From IMG/VR virus record IMGVR_UViG_3300021425_003774, positions 1 to 54,913 of that record: DNA of 54,913 nt; one strand, given 5' to 3'. The stretch's first letter is position 1; each line of letters starts with the position of its first letter. Source of the DNA: a virus (taxonomy: Duplodnaviria; Caudoviricetes). The position numbers were made by a program, and so were the translations under genes. The notes under the pieces are model-generated. The model was not told the origin of the DNA. It made no database searches and saw nothing but the letters and a program-made list of their open reading frames with translations. This document shows positions 39,834 to 48,640 of this stretch, piece by piece.

Positions 39834-40320
39834 TGGAACACATTTAGGATTGCTTGTAATAAGTTTCTATTTCACTGCGCAAGTCTGTGCAGAACCTATA
39901 GTACACAAATTCAAAAATCCGTCATTTAGCGGAGTAGGTACTGGTGCTCATTATTTAACAATTGAGAATCAGGAACACTCAAGAAAAGAACAAATCAAGG
40001 ATGCTATGGAAGCAGCCGAGAGAGCAGCACAACGAGAATTAGATAACTCGACACTTTCGAAGTTTATAAGAAACCTTGAAAGTAGAATTTATGCTCAGTT
40101 AGCAAAACAGTTAGTGGACAATATGTTCTCTAACGATAATGCAGTAAGGTTTGGATCTTTCGTATTAGAAGGATCTACCGTAACCTATGAAGTAATTACG
40201 AATGCAGATGGTACTGAATTTATTAAGATGACAATTGTTGATGAAAATGGTACTACAACTGTTATTGAGATTCCGATAGGAACAGGAAACTTCGGGGGCG
40301 GTGACCCAGATGGCGGCTAA
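39823..40320 (+). CDS. csgF: Curli assembly protein CsgF homologue
   Basis: Signal peptide, then IVHKFKNPSFSG...YLTIENQ; FIRNLESRIYAQL; terminal G.TT.IEIP; directly upstream of csgG. Confidence 0.85.
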   Translation: MKINGTHLGLLVISFYFTAQVCAEPIVHKFKNPSFSGVGTGAHYLTIENQEHSRKEQIKDAMEAAERAAQRELDNSTLSKFIRNLESRIYAQLAKQLVDNMFSNDNAVRFGSFVLEGSTVTYEVITNADGTEFIKMTIVDENGTTTVIEIPIGTGNFGGGDPDGG

Positions 40321-41257
40321 ATTACTTACAGCAATTATGTCAACTCTTATCTTGGCGAGTTGCGCACAAATGCCGCAATGGTCAGAAGGACCTGCGAATT
40401 GTGAATACGGGCAAGGAAGATACGTTGAAGGATTTAACAAAACTCGAGACGAACATGGAGACGGTTTAGTACTTGACCAAATTAATACAGGCGTTCGTAA
40501 ATATGTTGAGACAAAACAAATTTGTGTTGAACAGCCTCAGGTGGTTAAGTTACCTGCCTATATAGATTTACTTAATCTACCTCCTGCAGAAAATAAGCCT
40601 GTAGTAGCAGTATATGGATTTTTAGATAAGACAGGACAAAGAAAAGATTCTGTCACAGGACAGAGTTTCTCCACTGCGGTAACACAAGGTGGAACAGAAT
40701 TATTAATAGATGCTTTGAAAACAGCAGGTGGTGGAACCTGGTTCAGAGTAGTAGAAAGACAAGGTATTGACGCTCTTGTAAGAGAACGTCAAATCATTCG
40801 TTCAGGTCGTGATGAAGCGGCAAAGAAACTGGGCGAAGAATCTAAGGGTGTTGGCCCACTATTGTTCGCGGGAATGATAATTGAGGGCGGCATCATTGGT
40901 TATGATAGTAATGTAAAAACAGGAGGCCGCGGAGCAAGGACGCTCGGAATTGGCTTTAGTAGACAATATCGTCAGGATGTCGTGACTGTCTCCGTACGTG
41001 CAGTATCCGTTCTTACAGGTGAAATATTATTAAACGTCCAAACGAAGAAATCAATTCTGAGTTACGGCTCAGGAGGAGACGTCTTCCGCTTTATAGAGCA
41101 AGGTACTCAGTTGATTGAATACGAGGACGGAGTTGGTAATAATGAAAGTGTAACATACGCGGTACGAACAGCAATTGAAGCTGCCGTGCTAGAGATGGTG
41201 TATCAGGGTCACGAACGTGGCTTCTGGACAATTAACGATAAAAAAGAGGAAGAATAA
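40301..41257 (+). CDS. csgG: Curli secretion channel CsgG (outer-membrane lipoprotein)
   Basis: LASC lipobox; VAVYGFLDKTGQRK, FSTAVTQG, WFRVVERQG..L..ERQIIR, IIEGGIIGYDSN..TGG.GAR.LGIG, YRQD.VTV..RAVSV.TGEIL. Confidence 0.95.
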   Translation: MTQMAAKLLTAIMSTLILASCAQMPQWSEGPANCEYGQGRYVEGFNKTRDEHGDGLVLDQINTGVRKYVETKQICVEQPQVVKLPAYIDLLNLPPAENKPVVAVYGFLDKTGQRKDSVTGQSFSTAVTQGGTELLIDALKTAGGGTWFRVVERQGIDALVRERQIIRSGRDEAAKKLGEESKGVGPLLFAGMIIEGGIIGYDSNVKTGGRGARTLGIGFSRQYRQDVVTVSVRAVSVLTGEILLNVQTKKSILSYGSGGDVFRFIEQGTQLIEYEDGVGNNESVTYAVRTAIEAAVLEMVYQGHERGFWTINDKKEEE

Positions 41258-41988
41258 TGATACGTAAAATATTAGGCCTATCTTTATTATGTGCGTTTTC
41301 TTTCAATGCGCATGCGCAAGCGACTGACGACAATGAAATCAATATCGACCAAACTGGTGATACTTTAACATTGTATGTAGATCAGTATGGATATGGTAAC
41401 AAGATCGGATTGGATAACTTTTCAACCGGATCAAGTGCTATGCCGATAACAGGTTCTTCATTAACATTTAATATTGACCAAATAGGAAATGAAAACTTGT
41501 TCTTTGGTACTTATATCGGTGACAGTACAACTGTTAACGCTTTATTTACTGGAGATTCTAACTCTTGGGATTGGAACGTAGGTTATATTGGTTCATCCGA
41601 TACTTCAACAATTGATGTTGATATTACTGGTGATTCAAATACTATGGACTTTGACCAAGGTTATAACGCAAGTGCAGAAAGATTAGACCTTGACTTAACG
41701 GTTATTGGAGACAGCAATATTTTTGATGTTGACATTGACGTTGACGACGCTGTGTGGAATATGGATATCACAGGCGGAAGCAATAACATCAACACAATGC
41801 AGAAAGACGGAGCAGAGCATGAAATTAACTTGACTCACGTTGGGTCTTCTGCTGATATTGATATTAACCAATTATCTGGAACATGCCCTACAGGCGTAAG
41901 TACTTGTAATGGTATTATCACACTAGATATTGATAGTGAAAATGCTACAATCCAAATTAATCAGAAAGACAGTTCAACAGATTCGTAA
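41257..41988 (+). CDS. Secreted curlin-repeat protein (CsgA/CsgB-like)
   Basis: Signal peptide (AHA), then repeats NEINIDQTGD, VDQYGYGN, IDQIGNEN, DITGDSN, IQINQ. Confidence 0.75.
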   Translation: MIRKILGLSLLCAFSFNAHAQATDDNEINIDQTGDTLTLYVDQYGYGNKIGLDNFSTGSSAMPITGSSLTFNIDQIGNENLFFGTYIGDSTTVNALFTGDSNSWDWNVGYIGSSDTSTIDVDITGDSNTMDFDQGYNASAERLDLDLTVIGDSNIFDVDIDVDDAVWNMDITGGSNNINTMQKDGAEHEINLTHVGSSADIDINQLSGTCPTGVSTCNGIITLDIDSENATIQINQKDSSTDS

Positions 41989-43120
41989 TTCCAGATTCTT
42001 TGTCCTGTCTTTGTGCATGCTTCTGTCACTAGCGGCAAGTGCAAGTACAGGTGCGGCAGAGAATATTGGTGGAATTGTTGAACAGACTGGTAACGGTAAG
42101 ATTGTCCGGGAAGAAGGCGCTGTACTTGATGCGGCCCTTATCCCGGACATTCAACTTAACGATACCGCAGAAACCTCTCAAGGAAGAATGCTTATTCGAT
42201 TCTTGGATGAAGCAGAGCTTTCTTTAACAGAACACACAAAGGTATACATAGATAAAGTATACTACGACCCAGACCCAAGTAAATCAAAAATGGCAATGCG
42301 TATGGCATTAGGCACAGCTCGGTTTGCGTCTGGTCGTTTAGGAATGGTCAATAAGAATAATATTGATATTCAAACACCCACGGCAACGGTATCAGTTCGT
42401 GGAACAGATTTTACAACAACCATTGACGAGTTAGGTAGATCACTTGTAATACTTCTACCTGACCAATATGGTAATCCTTCAGGCGTTATTGATGTAACAA
42501 ATAACGGTGGTACAATTACTTTAGATGAAGCCTACGCTGCTACAATGGTAAGCAGTTTAGATACGGCGCCAACAAGATCAATCACAATGCAAAACATTAC
42601 TCCAACAATGATTGATAATATGTTTATTGTAAGTCCACCACCTGAAGTAAAGGAAGCATTAGAAGAACAATATGAAGACGAATCAAACCAAGATCAAGGA
42701 TTACTTGATTTTGACTTTTTAGAATTCAATGAATTAGAATATGATGCGTTGGAAGAAGATGCTTTAGAATTTACGGAGCTTGACATTGATTATCTTGATG
42801 TTGATTTTTTAACGGACTTATTGGATGTAGTTGAAGAACTTGTAAAAACAACTGCATCTCTTGATGATAGAGCAATATCAGGAAGTTCATTAGGAGCAGA
42901 ATTAAAGGGAGCAACATTCGGTATGAATACTGACTCTCAATATAACATTTATGAATCAGCAGGAAAAATATTCTTTTATAGAAATGTCAATGGAGTAATA
43001 AATATTGCGTTCGCAGTAGATTCTTCGGTTAGGATTGAAACGAATGTAGATGGTTACGAAGGAATCATAGATCTTAACGGAGGAAATGATTCCATAATCG
43101 TAATTAGACAAGGAGGATAA
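41930..43120 (+). CDS. FecR-domain exported protein (start uncertain)
   Basis: IG.I.E..G...I.R, D...T..GR..I.FLD...L.LTEHT...ID, G.ARF.SG, I.TPTATVSVRGTDF; acidic tract. Confidence 0.82.
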   Translation: MIVKMLQSKLIRKTVQQIRNSRFFVLSLCMLLSLAASASTGAAENIGGIVEQTGNGKIVREEGAVLDAALIPDIQLNDTAETSQGRMLIRFLDEAELSLTEHTKVYIDKVYYDPDPSKSKMAMRMALGTARFASGRLGMVNKNNIDIQTPTATVSVRGTDFTTTIDELGRSLVILLPDQYGNPSGVIDVTNNGGTITLDEAYAATMVSSLDTAPTRSITMQNITPTMIDNMFIVSPPPEVKEALEEQYEDESNQDQGLLDFDFLEFNELEYDALEEDALEFTELDIDYLDVDFLTDLLDVVEELVKTTASLDDRAISGSSLGAELKGATFGMNTDSQYNIYESAGKIFFYRNVNGVINIAFAVDSSVRIETNVDGYEGIIDLNGGNDSIIVIRQGG

Positions 43121-43128
43121 ATAATATT

Positions 43129-43914
43129 ATGAAAACTCGTAGTGAACATGAAGAAAGAGCCTGGGCAAGATTTAGAAAACAAACTCCTTATATATGGACA
43201 ACAAAAGACTTAGCACATGTCTTTGCGTTAGGTCTATTATTTGGTATGTTAATGTTAACCCCTTCCGTACTCGCAGACAATTTAATCACAATTGAACAGA
43301 CAGGTGATAATCTAAATTTAGAGATTCAGCAATACGGTGCTGATAACGAAGTTAAAATGTTAGACCAATATTCGTTCATTAATTCATCGTCATTAGATTT
43401 ATTAATTGTTCAATATAATACTACAGGTAATGATAACACAATAGTATTTGATGAAATCAATGGCACAGGTAATGAATTTAAATTAGGACAAGGTGTTGCT
43501 TTTGATAATACCACACAAGGTTGGAATTATGATGGTTACGAAGGTGGTGGTCATTATATGGAAATAGATTTATACGGTAATGATAACTTTGTTGAATGGC
43601 ATCAAACAAATCAAAGTGGTGCAACTGACGGACATGATTTTAACTTACATGTTGCTGGGTCTGATAATTGGATAGATGGAAGACAACAATCTTCAGGCGC
43701 AAAAGAAGCAAACGTTACAATTTACAATTCAGACAATACTTTAACATTCAGACAAAAAGGCGCCAACGCAAACCATACAGCAAATATTACTTTAGATGGT
43801 ATTTACGGAACGGATGCGCTTATCAGACAAAATAGCACAACCAATCAAACATATAACTTATCAGTAGATTGTTATACAGTTGGTGGTTGTTCAGTAAACG
43901 TGATACAAGAATAA
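43129..43914 (+). CDS. Second secreted curlin-repeat protein (CsgA/CsgB-like)
   Basis: Hydrophobic signal (..PSVLA), then NLITIEQTGDN, EIQQYGADN, IDLYGNDN, TFRQKG, VNVIQE. Confidence 0.72.
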   Translation: MKTRSEHEERAWARFRKQTPYIWTTKDLAHVFALGLLFGMLMLTPSVLADNLITIEQTGDNLNLEIQQYGADNEVKMLDQYSFINSSSLDLLIVQYNTTGNDNTIVFDEINGTGNEFKLGQGVAFDNTTQGWNYDGYEGGGHYMEIDLYGNDNFVEWHQTNQSGATDGHDFNLHVAGSDNWIDGRQQSSGAKEANVTIYNSDNTLTFRQKGANANHTANITLDGIYGTDALIRQNSTTNQTYNLSVDCYTVGGCSVNVIQE

Positions 43915-44225
43915 TGGAATTAGATATTTACGGAAATCCAGTAGGAACATTATATCCGGGTGATGAAGGTTGCCCTCAAGATATGATTTGTTTAACCGAA
44001 GAAGGATTTAACCAAATGCTTGCTGAAGCTGATATGCATTACAATGCGGAAACGTTTCAAGTTGAGCCGATGGGCGACGCAGAAGCTATTATAGATTTTA
44101 CAACAGATTTGCTATTTTTAGATATATGGACAATTTTAAATATGGCAGTTCCTTTAACAATATTCGCAGTGTATGGATTGACTCTATATGCTGGATTCAA
44201 ATGGGTACAAAAACAATTTAATTAA
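43914..44225 (+). CDS. Hypothetical membrane protein
   Basis: Start moved to ATG 43914 (TAATG coupling); C-terminal TM helix. Confidence 0.6.
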   Translation: MELDIYGNPVGTLYPGDEGCPQDMICLTEEGFNQMLAEADMHYNAETFQVEPMGDAEAIIDFTTDLLFLDIWTILNMAVPLTIFAVYGLTLYAGFKWVQKQFN

Positions 44226-44227
44226 TT

Positions 44228-45175
44228 ATGAAAACATTATTACAAAGAACTATTCAGGATAAAGAAGTCAATTTATATCCTGTTTGGTTAATGAGACAAG
44301 CCGGAAGATATATGCCAGAATATATGGCAATGAAAGAAAAATCAAATGGCTTTTTAGATATGGCTCTTACTCCTTGGAAGGCTGCTGAAATTACAATGCA
44401 ACCTATTAAAGAGTTTGATATGGATTGTGCAATTATATTCTCAGACATACTTATTGTGAATTATGCACTTGGTCAAGAATTAGATTATACGCCTGGTCCT
44501 GTTCTTGGACCATATTCAGAAAATTTTTGGAACACAACTTCAGACGAGTTTTACGAAAAGTGTAAATATGTATATGAAGCAATAAAAATAGTTAGAGAAG
44601 AACTTGACGATAGTAAATCTCTAATTGGTTTTGCTGCAGCACCATATACAATATGCAAGTATATGTGTGATGAAAAAAGATTAGATGTGGTACAAAAATT
44701 AGTACCTTATATTATTGAACATCTTTGCATGCAAATTGAAGCAGGATGTGATACAGTACAAATTTTTGATAGTCATGCTTGTGATATATCAGAAGATGAT
44801 TTTTATGAATATGTCATTGAACCAACAAAGCAAATTGTTGATGTAATAAGAGCACATTATCCTGATGTATGTATCATTGCTTTTCCAAGACTTGTTGGTA
44901 CAAAAATAAACGATTACATAGAACAAGTAAATCCTGATGCAATTAATATCAGTGATGATTTGCCTGTGGACGAAATAAATGCAGAAGTCATTCAAGGTGG
45001 CATTTCAGTTAAAAGATTAATAAAAGGAGAAGACATAACGCCAGTTTTAAATAAGATGAAAGACAGGCCGTATATTGTAAACCTTGCTCATGGAATTCAT
45101 AAGACAACTCCAGTTGAACATGTAAGGCAACTTATAAATACGACAAAGATGTACCGTAAACATTTCGGAGCTTAA
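44228..45175 (+). CDS. hemE: Uroporphyrinogen decarboxylase
   Basis: PVWLMRQAGRYMPEY, AIIFSDIL, LIGFAAAPYT, QIFDS, NLAHGI. Confidence 0.93.
   Translation: MKTLLQRTIQDKEVNLYPVWLMRQAGRYMPEYMAMKEKSNGFLDMALTPWKAAEITMQPIKEFDMDCAIIFSDILIVNYALGQELDYTPGPVLGPYSENFWNTTSDEFYEKCKYVYEAIKIVREELDDSKSLIGFAAAPYTICKYMCDEKRLDVVQKLVPYIIEHLCMQIEAGCDTVQIFDSHACDISEDDFYEYVIEPTKQIVDVIRAHYPDVCIIAFPRLVGTKINDYIEQVNPDAINISDDLPVDEINAEVIQGGISVKRLIKGEDITPVLNKMKDRPYIVNLAHGIHKTTPVEHVRQLINTTKMYRKHFGA
45133..45140 (+). promoter_or_regulatory. Possible T4-type late promoter TATAAATA for GT2-PlcP-cyclase
   Basis: Exact consensus inside the hemE 3' end, 36 nt before the GT2 start. Confidence 0.5.
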
Positions 45176-45176
45176 T

Positions 45177-45887
45177 ATGAAAGACGAAGTTACGATAGTT
45201 GTCCCGTGTAAAAACGAACAATTTTATATTCATCATTTGCTTGATGGATTAAAGAAACAAAAAGGTATAGAAGGTATAAGAATTTATATCGCAGATTGTT
45301 CAACCGATGACACAAGAAAGGTCATTGAAGATAATAAAGAAAATTTAGATGTTGTTATTATTGAAGGAGGACCTGTTTCAGTTGCTAAAAATAACGGAGC
45401 AGCTTTAGTAACCACACCGTATATTCTTTTCATAGATTCTGATGTTAGATTTTTTTCAAATACAGTAATCTATGATACTCTAAAACAAATGAAAGAAGAA
45501 GATTTACATTTAATAGGATTAAGTATTAAATGTTATGACAATGATTGGAGAGCAAAGATTGGCTTTTCAATGTTTAATGTAGTAAATAAGATATTGTCAA
45601 GATGGATTCCCTTTGCTGTAGGAGCGTATTGTTTAACTCGTAGAGATAAGTTTTATGAGCACGGTGCGTTTCCTTGTAAGTATCCAACATCAGAAGATTT
45701 TCACTTGTCGAGAAAATATGATCCAAAGAAATTTAAACTTGCCAAACATTACTTTGGACAAGACAGTAGAAGATTCAAGCAGATGGGATATTTTGGTATG
45801 TCCTGGTATTTAATTAAAAATTTCTTATATAGAAATAACCAAAAGCATTGGGATAATATAGATGAAAAAAGATATTGGTCATCGTAG
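45177..45887 (+). CDS. Glycosyltransferase family 2
   Basis: TIVVPCKNE, IAD.STD.T, AKNNGA, LFIDSD (DxD), SED, DSRRF. Confidence 0.9.
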   Translation: MKDEVTIVVPCKNEQFYIHHLLDGLKKQKGIEGIRIYIADCSTDDTRKVIEDNKENLDVVIIEGGPVSVAKNNGAALVTTPYILFIDSDVRFFSNTVIYDTLKQMKEEDLHLIGLSIKCYDNDWRAKIGFSMFNVVNKILSRWIPFAVGAYCLTRRDKFYEHGAFPCKYPTSEDFHLSRKYDPKKFKLAKHYFGQDSRRFKQMGYFGMSWYLIKNFLYRNNQKHWDNIDEKRYWSS

Positions 45888-46602
45888 TGTATTCATTTCA
45901 GATTTACATTTAGGTAGCAAGCACTGCAGAGACGAAGACTTATTAAAATTTCTCAAAGAAGTTAGAACAGAAAAGCTTTATTTGGTCGGTGATATTATTG
46001 ATGGTTGGAGACTTCAGAAAAAATGGTATTGGCCAAACAATCATAATAGAGTAGTTAAAGAACTTATTCGTATTTCAAAATATACAGATGTTTATTGGAT
46101 AAGCGGTAATCACGATGAGTTCTTAAGAACAATTCCAAATATTAATGTAGGTAATATTGAAACACATAATAGATTAACTCATATTGGAGCTGATGGAAAA
46201 AAATATCTTGTAGTACATGGAGATATGTTTGACTATCTAATGAGAACAAAATTTGGTAAAACAGTAATGCATCTTGGTGACTGGGGTTATGATAGATTAA
46301 TCAACATTAATTATATAGTAAATAAAATAAGAAACTTCTTTGGATATAAACCTTGGTCATTAGCAAAATACCTTAAAAGAAAAGCTAAGTTAGCCTCAAA
46401 CTTTATTGGCGAGTTTGAAACAGAAATGGTTAAGTACGCAAGAAAGAAAAATTATGATGGAATTATATGTGGTCATATTCATCATGCAGAAATAAAACAA
46501 CACGACGAAATCACATATATGAATGATGGTGATTGGTGTGAAAGCTGTTCAGCATTAATTGAAGATCACGAAGGTAATTGGAAAATAAATTATTATGCTT
46601 AA
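45862..46602 (+). CDS. Calcineurin-like metallophosphoesterase, PlcP-like phospholipase C (LpxH superfamily)
   Basis: FISDLHLGS, LVGDIIDGWRL...WYWP, GNHDEFLR, YLVVHGD.FD, LGDW.YD, NFIGEFE, ICGHIHHA, N.GDW.ESC. Confidence 0.8.
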   Translation: MKKDIGHRSVFISDLHLGSKHCRDEDLLKFLKEVRTEKLYLVGDIIDGWRLQKKWYWPNNHNRVVKELIRISKYTDVYWISGNHDEFLRTIPNINVGNIETHNRLTHIGADGKKYLVVHGDMFDYLMRTKFGKTVMHLGDWGYDRLININYIVNKIRNFFGYKPWSLAKYLKRKAKLASNFIGEFETEMVKYARKKNYDGIICGHIHHAEIKQHDEITYMNDGDWCESCSALIEDHEGNWKINYYA

Positions 46603-48640
46603 ACAATTAACCAAGTGGTGGACAGTCTTATTTACAATCGCAGGATTTGCTTCTTTAAGTATTATTAACCCAAATATAATTCAAAGTATAGAATACGCTT
46701 ATTATGATACCTTACAGCAAAATAAAGAAAAAGAAATTATTGAAGACATTGTACTCGTCAACATCGACGAAAAAGCAATCGCTGCCAAAGGTCAGTACCC
46801 TTGGCCTCGTGGTTCAATTGCTGATTATTTACGCGACGGTCCTGACGATAGCCTTTATGTTCTTAACGTAATATATTCTGAAGAAGATAGATTTGGGGAA
46901 GACAACTTACTTGCATTTGAAATGCAACAAAAGGCGGTGGTGTTGGCATCAGCACCATCACAACAAATAACCGGAGGAGTAGGCAACTTTGTTGGAGTTG
47001 CTACGTTTGGAGAACAAAATGAAAATTGGCTTTACTCGTTCCCAGGTTTATTATATCCTGTGGATCAAATTAGTAGTTGGGCTTTTGGTGTTGGGGCCAC
47101 TGTTAGCATACCTGACCAACCCACAGGAGTCGTGCGAAGGTCGCCGCTCGTTATACAAGCAGCCGGGAATTCCTACCCATCTCTCGCCCTCGATACCTTA
47201 CGTGTGTACACAGGAGAACCAAGCTACCAAATGAAGGTAGGCACCAATGGTGTTGAATGGGTAAGAATAGGAAAGCAAGATCCTATTACAACAAATAGCT
47301 TTTCTGAATTACCAATTGCGTTTTGGAATCAATTTGAACAAATAAGTATCACCGATCCTTTACCTAGTGGAAAGGTTCTTATCTTCGGAGTAACAGCCGA
47401 AGGTGTCTCTAATCCAGTTTCAACCCCAACGGGTGCAATGTATCCCCACGAAGTTCAAGCACATCTGATTCAGACCGTTCTTTCAGGAGTTGAAATAAAA
47501 ATTCCCGACTGGTCTGCAATATTTGAGCTTTTCTTTTTGGTGGTTGTATGTCTAGGAATCCTTGGAGCGGTCTATGGATTGCCCATAATTCCTGGGGTGA
47601 TAACATCTCTTCTTCTTGTCGGGTCCGGATACGGAGTAAGCTGGTGGCTTTGGAGCGACTCACTAACATTTGTTGACGCATCTTTGATTTCATTAGGTTC
47701 CTTAGTGGTGTTTGCACAATCATCGTTCAACAATTACTATTTAACATTTTTAGAAAAGCGGGCAATCATGAAACAGTTTGCCGGTTATTGCTCTCCAGAA
47801 GTTGTTACTATTTTACAACAAAATCCTTCTCTTGTCAAGGATGGAATGAAGAAAGATGTAAGTATTGTATTTAGTGATCTTCGAGGATTTACTCCATTAG
47901 GCGAAAGCTTCGGCGATGATGTTAGAGGGCTGACTACTTTGATGAATGGTTATATGGATGCTATTACACAACCTGTTCTAGATGCAAATGGAATGATCAT
48001 AAAGTATATTGGAGACGCAAGTATGCATATACATAATGCTCCAATGGAAGATAACGATCATGCAAAGACTGCAGTCCAAACTGGTATTAATATGTTAAGA
48101 GCGGTGGAAAAATTTAATGATAAGATTACAAAAGAAGGAAGGCCTCCAATTGGTATGGGGGCTGGGATTAACAGTGGCTTGGGTTATGTTGGTGAGATGG
48201 GTTCTACAAGTCGACATAGTTATGACATCCTTGGAGATTCTGTTTCAACAGCTGCACGAATTGAGTCTAAATGTAAAGAATATGGTTGCTTATTATTAGT
48301 TGGAGAAGAAACGGTTAGTAGATGTAATCCTGAAGAGTTTCTTTTCTTAAAGGTAGATGATCTTGCTGTGAAAGGAAAATCAGTAGGAGTTGGAATATAC
48401 ACAGTGTTGGACTTGGTAAAAGATAAATACAATAAACCAGCAGAAATGCATGAAGCGATGCATTCAAATTATCAAAAGCAAAACTTTGATAAGGCGATCA
48501 AAATATGTAATGACCTTATGGATTGCTTCGAAGGACAAATGCAAGGTTATTATAAAATGTGGATTGAGCGTTGTGAATATATGAAAACGCAAGATTTGCC
48601 AAAGGATTGGAATGGAGTTTTTATCGCGACCACTAAGTAG
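46595..48640 (+). CDS. CHASE2-domain membrane class III adenylate/guanylate cyclase
   Basis: N-terminal TM; IVLVNIDE..I...GQYPWPR (CHASE2); three TM helices; FSDLRGFT, IKYIGD, GAGINSG, GD.V.TAARIE. Confidence 0.92.
   Translation: MLKQLTKWWTVLFTIAGFASLSIINPNIIQSIEYAYYDTLQQNKEKEIIEDIVLVNIDEKAIAAKGQYPWPRGSIADYLRDGPDDSLYVLNVIYSEEDRFGEDNLLAFEMQQKAVVLASAPSQQITGGVGNFVGVATFGEQNENWLYSFPGLLYPVDQISSWAFGVGATVSIPDQPTGVVRRSPLVIQAAGNSYPSLALDTLRVYTGEPSYQMKVGTNGVEWVRIGKQDPITTNSFSELPIAFWNQFEQISITDPLPSGKVLIFGVTAEGVSNPVSTPTGAMYPHEVQAHLIQTVLSGVEIKIPDWSAIFELFFLVVVCLGILGAVYGLPIIPGVITSLLLVGSGYGVSWWLWSDSLTFVDASLISLGSLVVFAQSSFNNYYLTFLEKRAIMKQFAGYCSPEVVTILQQNPSLVKDGMKKDVSIVFSDLRGFTPLGESFGDDVRGLTTLMNGYMDAITQPVLDANGMIIKYIGDASMHIHNAPMEDNDHAKTAVQTGINMLRAVEKFNDKITKEGRPPIGMGAGINSGLGYVGEMGSTSRHSYDILGDSVSTAARIESKCKEYGCLLLVGEETVSRCNPEEFLFLKVDDLAVKGKSVGVGIYTVLDLVKDKYNKPAEMHEAMHSNYQKQNFDKAIKICNDLMDCFEGQMQGYYKMWIERCEYMKTQDLPKDWNGVFIATTK

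Noticed and set aside
45862-46602. Assignment as lipid A enzyme LpxH or as the cyclase's phosphodiesterase
   Set aside because: The extended motifs fit the PlcP subgroup better; phosphodiesterase activity is not excluded.
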